DNA from: Eukaryota sp. TZLM1-RC
Lineage: Eukaryota; Protista; Metamonada: BaSk clade
Direction of reading: 5' to 3'
NCBI GenBank assembly: GCA_040285825.1
Contig: JAUPSS010000004.1
Coordinates: 682,001 to 746,000 of the forward strand
DNA length: 64,000 nt
The notes beneath the pieces are model-generated. The model saw only the letters and a program-made list of their open reading frames with translations, was not told the DNA's origin and ran no database searches. This document shows, one piece after another, positions 49,950 to 64,000 of this stretch (the stretch's first letter is position 1; every line of letters starts with the position of its first letter). Both the position numbers and the translations under genes were made by a program.

Positions 49950-51659
49950 CTACTGTTTCATTTGTTTACAAGTTTTCCCAACTTTTAAAGAAAGCAAGAA
50001 AGAGAACAACAACAAACCACTCATCACCATAAAAGCAACATCACTCAACCCCAAATCATTGAAAACCGCATAAATGTTGGGTCCCACCACTCCAGCCAAC
50101 CCACTGGATAAGAAAATCCAAGGGAACACAGTTGCAAAGTTCTCTTGACCCCAGATATCAACTAAACAAACCGGCATGGTCACATACATTGAACCATACA
50201 AACCACTGATAATGAAAGCAGAACCAATAAAAGTAACTGGATGAGCCGCAAGCCAGATAAAGCCCAAAATAAGCACGGATTGTATAATTAAAACCAATGA
50301 CAAAGTGTTGGATGAACCTATAACATCAACAACTTTTCCTAACGCGATTCTACCTATTCCATTACCAGCATTAAATGCTACAGAGGTCGCTAAAAATGTG
50401 AAAAACTGAATTTCGTCATCATCATAGTTGTTGTTGGAGAGAGCCTTGACCGGATATAAACGAAGACTGCCCAAAAACATAAATCCAATAGAAGTTCCAA
50501 AAATCATTATTGTAAAAGCTAGCCAAAATGTTTTTGAAGCGAAAAATTGCTTAATCGACATGAGCTCTTCTTTAATCTCTTCTTTTTTCTGACACTTGTC
50601 AGTTTCTTCCACCAAAATTTCATCTTCAACAGTGACTGGTACATCTACAGCAAGTTCACTAAGCTCTGTCACTGAAACAGTACTTGTCACTGATCCCTTC
50701 CTTTCAGCTTCATACTCTACAGTGGGGTCTACAGTCGAACTGATGACGTCACTGTTGTCGTCACCAACACTATTCAGTTCGGTTTCCTTTGTATTTGTTT
50801 TTGTCTTTTCTTCTGTTACGTCATCCTTTTTTTCGGAATTAGGAACCATAAAGATTCCAGCCAATAGGATAGCAATGGGGGCTGACAAAGAAAAAACCCT
50901 AAATACAACAGAAGGTGGATTAGTCTTTAATAATTCCTCCACAATTGCTGACCAAACTAAAGAACCGGTTCCAAAAACACCTATGGTTAGCAAGAGTTAG
51001 AAAAAAGTGAAAAAAGGTCTAATTTTGGAAACTTTGATGACATTTTTGAGAAATTGAAACAATATTATATCAAATTATTTTTGATAGTTTTAACAAGCGC
51101 AAATTGAAGCAAATTCCATTAATTTAAAAAAGTCAAAACATTATTCAAACCAAGAAAGAAAAAAACATACCGACTGAAATACCAGTAATTAACCCTTTAT
51201 TCTTTGGAAAGTAACTCATAGACACCCTCAAAGCCACTATATATGAAAAACCAATAGCAGCGGCAGCCATGACACCAGCACCTAGAGTTACAAATAAAAC
51301 ATCACTTCCATCGTTCAAAGAGGCAACAGAATATCCAGCAAACATTACCAGGCCAGAGGTTGTAGTGAGGAAGCGATATGAGTAGCGACGAACAGCGATA
51401 CCCGCGAGAATGGGGAAGATCCCGACCACAAGTACAACACAGGACCAAACGCGCTGGGAGACAGCAGCTCGCCATCCATAGTCATTGACAAGATGAGGAA
51501 TCAGCTGATGTGAGAGGAAGGAATGTGACGGACCGTGGGGAAAGAGTAGTTGATACCCAGGGATAGTTGAAGGAAGATGAAGGCAATGACTACAATATAC
51601 TTTCTTTTGATAAGAAGAGATCGAATGGCATTCTGACTGAGAGGTCCCTTACTGGACAT
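49950..51659 (-). CDS. MFS transporter, OFA/OxlT-like (oxalate:formate/monocarboxylate) family; introns 51505-51533 and 50981-51170
   Basis: Multi-TM pattern with large central loop. Motifs LGINYSF, YFPKNKGLITGISVG|, NGIGRIALGKVVDVIG, DIWGQENFA. Both introns restore the frame. Confidence 0.88.
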
Positions 51660-51819
51660 GATGGTGAAGGCTGGGGAGGAAGAGGGGAGGTTGAGGTTGA
51701 GGTTGATACAACCTTGTGAGATCAAATTGATAGGTCAAAAAGACATATTAAAAAGACTGTTGTTGACTAGTTTTTGTGATTAAAAATGATTTATTATCTC
51801 AACAACGATTGGACTAACA

Positions 51820-53211
51820 ATGGTGAAAGATACTCTTGATCTCAAGATCCTGAATGGTACGATCGTCACTCCTACTGAATCGTATGTAGGTGATGTAGGT
51901 GTCAAAGATGGTAAAATCACCATTATTGGTGAGTCTCTTTCTGATGTTGTCTCTACTGACACTGTTGATGCCTCTGGTAAACTTATCCTTCCTGCTGCTA
52001 TCGATTGTCACACCCATTTTGAAATGCCCTTTGGTGGAACAGTGAGTCGCGATGGTTACGAGTCGGGCTCTCGTGCTGCACTTTCTGGTGGCTGTTCATG
52101 TTATATTGACTTTGTTATTCAAGGTAAAGGTGAATCTCTCCGTGCCGCTCTAAAACGACGACAAGACTTGGCTGCCACAAAGTCTTGCTGTGACTATGCG
52201 TTTCACATTGCCATTACCGACCTGAACGAGTCTATTCTTGCTGAGATGGAAGAGATTGTTCAAGAAGAAGGTGTCAATAGCTTCAAAGTGTTCATGGTTT
52301 ATGATTTTGCTGTTGATGATGGTGTCTTATGCCAAGTTCTCCAAAGAGCTGCTCAAGTCGGAGGCCGTGTCTCTATTCATTGTGAAAACAAACCCTTGAT
52401 TGACTATAATGTCAAGAAGTTCCTCTCCGAAAACAAGACATCTCCATACTATCACTATCTCAGCCGTGATGAAGATGTAGAATCTGAAGCAGTGAAGAGG
52501 GTAGTTCACTTCGCAAAAGCGTTCAAGGCACCAATCTACATTGTCCATCTCGCATGTAAAGACGGGTTGAAAGAAGTAGAAAGAGCCCATGCCGAAGGGT
52601 ATCAAGACATTGTCATTGCCGAAACCTGTCCCCAATACCTTGCTTTCACCTCTGACGTTTACAAGCGAGATGATGGCCAGAACTTTGTACTATCACCTCC
52701 TATCAAGGGCCAAGAGTCCCAAGATGCACTCTGGGATGGTATTCAACGTGGAATCATTCGAACAGTAGCGACTGATCATTGTTCCTTCCTCTCTGAAGAA
52801 AAACTATGGGGAAAGAATGACTTCTCCAAGATTCCCAATGGTGCTGGTGGTATTGAATTGCTCTACCCTTATATGCTCAGTGAAGCCAATAAAGGAAGAA
52901 TTACCTTTAACAAAGCTGTCGAACTTTGCTCCGCCAATGTAGCTCAACTGTTTGGTATCAAGAACAAAGGCAGTATTAGAGTTGGTGCTGATGCTGATAT
53001 TGTGATTTATGATCCCTCTCAAGATTTCGTGGTAACAAAGGATAAGCTCCATGATGATAATGATCACATCATCTATGAAGGAATGGAACTCAAGGGCTGT
53101 GTTTCAATGACCTTTTGTCGTGGTGTTTTGGCATTTAAGGATGGTGAGTTTATGGGAAAGTCCGGTTTTGGCCGCTTTGTCAAACGTGTTCCTCTCAGTA
53201 GTTCAAAGTAG
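51820..53211 (+). CDS. hydA: Dihydropyrimidinase / D-hydantoinase
   Basis: IDCHTH metal motif, SFKVFMVY (carbamylated Lys), IHCEN, YIVHL, ETCPQYL, TDHCSF, KIPNG, GADADIVIYDP. Intronless. Confidence 0.95.
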   Translation: MVKDTLDLKILNGTIVTPTESYVGDVGVKDGKITIIGESLSDVVSTDTVDASGKLILPAAIDCHTHFEMPFGGTVSRDGYESGSRAALSGGCSCYIDFVIQGKGESLRAALKRRQDLAATKSCCDYAFHIAITDLNESILAEMEEIVQEEGVNSFKVFMVYDFAVDDGVLCQVLQRAAQVGGRVSIHCENKPLIDYNVKKFLSENKTSPYYHYLSRDEDVESEAVKRVVHFAKAFKAPIYIVHLACKDGLKEVERAHAEGYQDIVIAETCPQYLAFTSDVYKRDDGQNFVLSPPIKGQESQDALWDGIQRGIIRTVATDHCSFLSEEKLWGKNDFSKIPNGAGGIELLYPYMLSEANKGRITFNKAVELCSANVAQLFGIKNKGSIRVGADADIVIYDPSQDFVVTKDKLHDDNDHIIYEGMELKGCVSMTFCRGVLAFKDGEFMGKSGFGRFVKRVPLSSSK

Positions 53212-53869
53212 CTGTTAATTTGATTTGTATCAATAAATGTGCTTGTGATTGATTGGATGTGTTATCTTTGACCACATATTTTGACTAAATTTCTGAATTT
53301 GCAAAAATTTGAAATAACAATTTAGCATTGGATTTCGAAATAAAGCAAAATGTGATTTTCGTGTTCGGTTTTGGTCTAGAAAATTGCGGTATAGCTAACC
53401 TCTCCTTGCACACTATGTAGCTGAAAAATTGCAATTGCAGTTGCAACTGAGATGTAAGGTATTAATTACTGAGTAAAAACAAAATGAGTATCTTTAAAAA
53501 CAAAATACAAGTGTCGACAGATTTGTTTTATCTCGACAACAACGGCGGATATAAGATTGGAACTGTGAAAGAACTGGTAATGTTAGAGAAACAAAGAACA
53601 ACATTTTGGATGCACAAAAAGTGCATGATTGAAAAGAACGTGTTTGTTATTGAAAGTACAATGGTGCCTCATTGGTAAATACAAATACAAGATCAGTAAC
53701 CAATTGGCTTCCATTATCTGTTCTTGAAGAATCTGTGTTTATTCCCTGTGGAAATGAATTAACTCTCGGAACTCCAATATTTACTCTCCTATGTGAAAAT
53801 CTTGTAGACAAAGGTGTGCAATTCAGTCAGTAATTTGTGTTCCAATGATTTCAAATATAAACATTTATT

Positions 53870-54938
53870 TTACAAAGCATCCATCAAATCTAACAAATCT
53901 TGATCTTTTTCTTCCGTCTCCACATCAAAACTAGATAACAACTTTGCAAAATGCTTACTTTGTTCACCTACCGTACCAATACTTTCATTTACAATTTCCT
54001 CCACTTCAGAAGCCTCAACTACAGTATTCGAAAGATTTAAAACAACATTACCACTATTATTACCACCCAAACTCTTTGCCAAATCATTAAAACCTCCTAC
54101 ATTGAGGTTATTGTTATGCGTGTTTTGCGTGTTTGGTTTGGCGTTACTAATACCATTCTGGTTTAGGGGAGTTGGTCTATTCTTGTACAGATTGCGACCA
54201 TCACAGTATCGACAATCATGAGAGTTCACAAACGGGTTATTGAGCTTCATCTGGGGGTCAAAAATAACAGACTTTCCTTGACCCATAATTTTGATAGTTC
54301 CAGGACTTCGACACGTGTCATGACGATGATCTGTGCTAGGGATTACGAAATAACCACTATTTAACTGCAACTCTCCTACTAAAAGCAAGGAAACTCTAGC
54401 CTTGTGTTTAACTAAATAATTTAGCAAATTCTTCCTTATCATACACATTCTCCATGGTGAGGTTTGTGACTGGAAAGCCATAAGTCGGTTCTGAACGTCC
54501 TCCACACGGTCGGAAATGCCTGTACGTGAGGCAATGTCCATCATGTCATTGAGATGACGCCGTGTGACGGCAAAGATGTCACGGGGAGACAGCATTCGGG
54601 AAAGTTGGAATTTGAAAGTCATGAACTGTGGGTCAGGAGAAAGGAAAAGGTTGGCATACCATAAGGTCCAGGAGGCGGTCCATGGAATCAGAATTGAGTT
54701 TCATTATGCTTGAATGAGCGATTCGAATAAAAATGGACTTGATAGCATTAGTGTCATATAGAGGTTGTGGTACAAAAAGGTCGTCAAGAAAATCGGTGCT
54801 GAATGCTGCATTGATGAGATCTTTGAGAACACGGTCTGCTTTGTCTTTCTCAACAGATTGAGCCTCAAGACGTTGTTCAATGATGTAAACCATCTCACTG
54901 GCCATGTTTATTATGAGGAAGGGTAGTTCATTATTCAT
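53870..54938 (-). CDS. OSCP1: OSCP1 (organic solute carrier partner 1) homolog; intron 54626-54659
   Basis: LPFLIINMASEMVYIIEQRLEAQ...IAHSSIMKLNSDSMDRLLDLM|FMTFKFQL. A 34-nt intron restores the frame. Confidence 0.93.
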
Positions 54939-55005
54939 GTTGTTGTTACTAATGTAAATGGGAAATTCCCATAAGTACACGATCAATTTTCGTGTGCAAT
55001 AATTA

Positions 55006-55638
55006 CTAAAACTTTCTACTACACAGATACTGAGGCCTTTCATTACCACTCATTCTAGCTTAAGTAATTGCAAACATATTCAGACAAGCCAGCTTATTTC
55101 TATTGAAAAGCTTTGTTGAGCCTTTGTTACTGATTTTGCAACTCTCACTATTACAAGCTAATAAACCATGACATGTAGTAACTGAAATCTTTTCTCTTCT
55201 ATAGAATCTGGTTTTGGTAATCTCAAAAACGTAGCAACCTTTTTTAAAAACACAGGACATTTTGCTGAAGTGAAAGCTTCATTAATCATCAAATACTTCA
55301 AATCCATCTCTCTTCAGAAATTGAATCCATCCAATGCCTCTAGTAGGTCTCTGATGTTTCAAATTCTTAGCACCTTTTTTACCATAATCACCCATTAGTA
55401 TTGAAGTGTCTTTTGGATTGCCAAACTGCTGCACAAAATTTTTTAACAACCAACATTCAGTCTTTTGCTTGTGAATAAAAGCTTGCATTTTATGAGTGCT
55501 CCACAAGTCAAGACTGTAAAAGTCAATTGTCAAAAAAACTTGCCGAAGTTTGGCAATCACAAAATTGGAAAAGTCGATTAAAATTGTTGAATTGGCAGCA
55601 AACGCAGATAATTCGGTGTTTGCATGTTCGATTGTCAT
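55006..55638 (-). pseudogene. Fanzor remnant, C-terminal half
   Basis: KMQAFIHKQKTECWLLKNFVQQFGNPKDTSILMGDYG...KHQRPTRGIGWIQFLKRDGFEV / MINEAFTSAKCP...CHGLLACNSESC...FNRNKLACLNM...GNERPQYLCSRKF*. Confidence 0.88.
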
Positions 55639-55644
55639 ACTCTT

Positions 55645-55935
55645 TTGATGTTTTCAAAAAAAATTAACCTTGAAGGTTCACTATTGTCAAAAACAGAAAT
55701 TGCAAACGGCACAAACTGATATTTCACATGTTCGACTCTACCTAATTGTGCTAATGATTTTTCATATTTTTTTTTGATAGCGGCGAATCAGCAGAATACA
55801 CCAAACGAGCAGATGAATTTTTGCAGACACTACTACTGAGACGACATCCACAACATTGAGAACACCTTCGATCTTTGGAGCTACTCAATCTGCCCCTCTT
55901 TTACCAAAGAAATCATCGGTTTTATCTGGAGACTA
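55645..55935 (-). mobile_element. Family B RLE retrotransposon fragment
   Basis: KYEKSLAQLGRVEHVKYQFVPFAISVF; nucleotide match to about 24460-24745. Confidence 0.75.
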
Positions 55936-57570
55936 TACTAGTTGTCATGCATATGCAAAAAAACCACATGAATTGAGGGTAGCATCATTGGGCAAGGAGA
56001 AACATATGCGACTGTTACTACGGAAGTGATAAATTGTCAGACATTCATGTTATTAACTTCATATTATAAATGTATTATTTATCATTATAAAGGTATCATT
56101 TTATAGATGGAGTGATTTGTGATTCATTATTCAATGCCTTCAACCACAGATTCAGAGATAACTCATTTTAATAGGTCTTAACAGAGATTCATGTGTCTAT
56201 TGCTCAGGGGAGACCTCCATTTGTCGCAATCAAGCATATCAATTATTTTGATGAGTCCCGATGACAATGTAAAGGTCAAAAAAGTGGAGATTTCAATAAC
56301 GCAATCGAAAAAAAACGCAGCTTTTTTCACATGATTTGACCTGCTTTAATGCACCAAACTGTTGGCATCACATCAAATATATATTATTTCATTTAAAATA
56401 ATGAACTTCAATGCTATAAAAATCTTGTAACCTGTATTGTACAAGGTGAATATGCAGAGCTTTGCTGTTTTAACAAATACTAATTACAACGAATTGAAAA
56501 ATTGGGCGTACATAATGAACATCTTTTATTATCACTGAAAACAATTCCAAATTAGAAACTAAAATTGTAAAGCAGAATAAACAGGAAAGTTGATTTCATC
56601 AATACAACCGAGTTTATCACCTGGGCCAATATATTTCAACTAAAGTAAGATATACATTACACGTCTCAGAGGGTCTTTCAAAGTCAACATCCGATCACAA
56701 AATATCCCCAATAGCAATAAGAGGCATTTCATTTACTAATAAAATGCTAACACAAACCTCCAAAACTAATTAAAACAATGCAGCTATAGTTATCAAACTA
56801 CTGTTTGAAACTACCGCTAATCTATTGGAATGATTGTGTTGAGACCTATTCAATGTACCCTGTACTATAAAACACTTTATTCAATTCTCTCCATCTATAT
56901 TTTTGTTACTGGTTTTATATATATATATATAAATAGTATATATATAATATATTTAAACAATATAGATACAAAAATGCAAAAAGAACATAAAAAATCGCTA
57001 TTTCCCAGTTATGGTCCCAATCAATCAAGTTCTATAAACTCTGCTGCTTGCTCCTTATTCCACTATGCAGACAATTCAATAAAGTCGAGAACGGAAATTG
57101 GTTTTATAGAAAAAAATTTTGAACTCCCTAAATCACCTGACATAGCTGAAACCAAAAATCTCTCTATTGTATAGTAATTAAACCACAATTATTGATGTTT
57201 TTACACCATTACAGTTAAGGAGGGAATTTTATTTTGACTTTCCTAAGTGCGACTTGAAAAATGTTACAAAATTCATTTGGACTGAATGATAGTCGTCCCA
57301 TTAGTTATGAGTTAATTTAATTAAGTGTGCATGTTCAATAAATATGTTTCTTTAGACTGAAATTGCAAATATAGAAAGTCCGTGTCCACTAAACAATTGC
57401 GAAAAATTTGGGCCCAAAAATGGTATTGCGGATAAGGAGGGATTTTAAGCAAAGAGGTGGCGGTTATAGTGGTTCTTATGAACCGAGGTTTTGTATTTAT
57501 TGGAATTTCCCATATGTGAATTTTATTTCAAGCAATTGCTAATTAAAAGAGTCTTACAGTATTTCTCTTT

Positions 57571-58657
57571 ATGTCTCTCAGTACTTATCTGCATGAGAAC
57601 AATGTGGCAGGCCTTTTCCGTGACATTGTTTCTGCTTTAATTACTCTTAAACCAGAAGAACCTGCTCACACCATTGTACAGCTCCTTGAGAACCAAATCA
57701 CTGCTCCCCGGATTATCCTTCCCTCTCAAGTCTCTCAACGTCTAGATCGCCTTCTCATGTTTTCGATCGACCCTCAACGCTTTGAAATCGTACAAAACGT
57801 CCGTTTCTTCTCCTTCCTCGATCCTTTTCTACGTCGTATGTCTTTTCACATATCCTTCTCTCACTTCAGAAGACGTCGCTCTTAACCTTCAACTCCGTTC
57901 TTTCTCAAAGGACGAGGTCATCATAACACAAGGTCACCACGATCCATCCCCTTCTTTCTTCATTGTAGAACAAGGTAGTGTTGATTTCTTTTCCGAACCT
58001 GACGGTGAATCAGATCATCAAGCACGTAATCACAAGGGAACTGCCACTAGGTTTGATTACTTTGGCGAACTATCTTCTCTTACTTCACCCCCACGTCCTC
58101 GAGCTTGTACTGTTGTAGCCAAGGAAGATGGAACTTTACTTTGGGAATTAGATCATGATACATTTACCAAACACTTGGCTCCAGTCATCAACTCTCTGAG
58201 ATCCAGGATATCCCCTTCATTGTCAAAAGTTGCCCTCTTTTCAGGTTTGTTTCTCATTTATTAACTTACCCAAGGTCTTGATGAATATGTGAGAACTCTG
58301 ATAGCTGATTGGACAGAGCTGAGAACATTTGAAACAGGTAGTGAAATTGTAGTTGAAGGTGATTTGGGTAAGGAATTTTTCGTTATTTTAGAAGGAAACG
58401 CAATGGTTTTGAAGAATGATCAAGGTCAGCGTGAGGTTATTGGTGAATTACATGGTGGAGATTATTTCGGTGAATTGGCGTTGTTGTATAATCATTCTCG
58501 GTTTGCTACAGTTATAGCATCAACTTTGGTGGTTTGTGCAGAGTTTGGCTCAAAAATGTTTAGGAAATTGATTGACCGCACCAATTGTTTGGAGATTATG
58601 CAGGAAAAAGTAAGTGCGTATGGGTTGGAAAAAAGTGTTGGAGAGATGGAGTTGTAA
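57571..58657 (+). CDS. PKA regulatory-subunit-like protein (RIIa D/D domain plus two cNMP-binding domains); introns 57836-57869 and 58245-58274
   Basis: YLHENNVAGLFRDIVSALITLKPEEP; PBC-A YFGELSSLTSPPRPRACTV; PBC-B YFGELALLYNHSRFATV. The 34- and 30-nt introns restore the frame. Confidence 0.9.
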
Positions 58658-58709
58658 TTGGTTAGGATAAATATTGAATATAATTGAAGAATAAATAAAT
58701 AAATAAATA

Positions 58710-58758
58710 AATTTAGTTTCTTATGTGTTTTAGTTTGTTTTGTTTTTATTTGATTCTT
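58710..58758 (+). mobile_element. Family A element, 49-bp 3'-terminal mini-copy
   Basis: Identical to 62202-62250. Preceded by (TAAA)5 and followed by a long repeat tail. Confidence 0.9.
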
Positions 58759-58763
58759 CGTAG

Positions 58764-62800
<4,037 letters not shown>

Positions 62801-62843
62801 TATATAAATAATTTTTTTTTAATATTAATATTTATTTTATATA

Positions 62844-64000
62844 AAGAATCAAATAAAAACAAAACAAACTAAAACACATAAGAAACTAAATTCTCCACGC
62901 CAACTCTTGATGAATCCTTATAAAGTTTAGACATCATTAAACTCAAGTACTTGGGAACACTTCTGTACAAAGCGAAAATGATACGATTTTTCCATAAATT
63001 CTCTGCAAAATTCTTACCACTTGAACGACATAAATTACCAAAATCATTGATGAAATTCATGGCGGATTGTCCAATGTTGCCAAAAATCGAAAAGGCAAAA
63101 GGAACAAACGAAAACTTCGAATAAAGGTTCTTATTTAAATCATTTAATATCTCAGTATATTTATCTCTCTTACGATCTTCAGCCTTGTTTAAATGGCCAT
63201 TAGTACTAAGTAAAAACATCATCGCGATAAACCAAAGCAAAGGGATCAACTGTAGTGAAATCAACAACAACTTGAGAGGAATCCACAAATGGAGCAATTA
63301 AATCACCTCGACGTGAATTAAAAAGATTATCATCACTATAATGCTTCAACAAAGGTTCTACTTTGCAACTAAAATTGTAACACTTGAACATCTCATATGT
63401 CACATCACGAACGGCATTATGAAGAACTGACCTATATTGGAGAAATTTCTTACAGCTCACAATATGACGAAAATTGGCAGTAGGTTTTTGTTACAAATAC
63501 AATTAGAATTGTCCAAAAGACCACTTGGATACATCCCTAATCTCAACCGCATGTTTTGTTTCCAAGCTTCATTTGTTAAGTGAAGACCAAATGGCCTTGG
63601 TTGCTGAGATATTAAACTAGTACAGTTCTGAATGTCTGATAAAAAGGCAGCAAAGACGGGATTATTAATCTTAGTCACACTAAGTCGTTTAGAAAAATCC
63701 AGGTCTTCAAAACCAATAAGAACAGACTTCTGTAATTTCACAACAGCAAGATGAAGGTTGGTGAAAGATCTCGAAGGCACAGCAGGTAAACTTGAAGGAA
63801 AACTCCTATTCCAAATATCAACAGGTAGTTCTTGCACCATTTTTTCAAGAGAAATTAATAAAGGATGTGATTCATTTAAAGGAATATGATCAAAACGAAG
63901 TTTCCATTCAAAAAGAAAATTTTTCATACCACCAATAAAAGCACTTTTGCATAAATACTCTGCTTTTGAAAAACCAACTCCACCAAATTTAGGACTAAAA
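62844..64000 (-). mobile_element. Family A element in inverted orientation; continues beyond the window
   Basis: Near-identical reverse complement of about 61091-62250, with a few substitutions (AFLSDI vs AFLADI, NSNC vs NSYC). Confidence 0.95.

Overview
AT-rich nuclear DNA from a microbial eukaryote. It uses the standard genetic code and has tiny 29-35 nt GT-AG introns with the branch point next to the 3' splice site, which is metamonad-like; the taxonomy is inferred, not established. Intact genes: a Ser/Thr kinase (open at the window edge), a 1340-aa protein with C-terminal RI-type LRRs, Rpn10, a SPRY-like protein, a TauE/SafE exporter, TBCB, a RING-pseudokinase-coiled-coil-SPRY protein, a CDKN3-like phosphatase, an RCC1/LRR protein, a permuted papain-like protein, an OFA-type MFS transporter head-to-head with dihydropyrimidinase, OSCP1, and a PKA-R-like cNMP-binding protein. 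These genes sit among mobile-element debris. Two systems stand out. (1) Four Fanzor (eukaryotic TnpB) C-terminal remnants are each followed by short hairpins. Three end 67-71 bp upstream of a co-oriented host start codon, and three carry Asn at the RuvC-III catalytic Asp. (2) A CRE-like RT+RLE non-LTR retrotransposon family forms head-to-tail and tail-to-tail arrays joined by very long (TAAA)n/(TAAC)n tracts. Also present: a decayed Sel1-NTPase-B-box-REase (Crinkler-like) gene, a 2.5-kb LRR-module duplication, and a captured dynein heavy-chain fragment. No rRNA, tRNA or CRISPR array was recognised. All calls come from manual reading, with no database searches.
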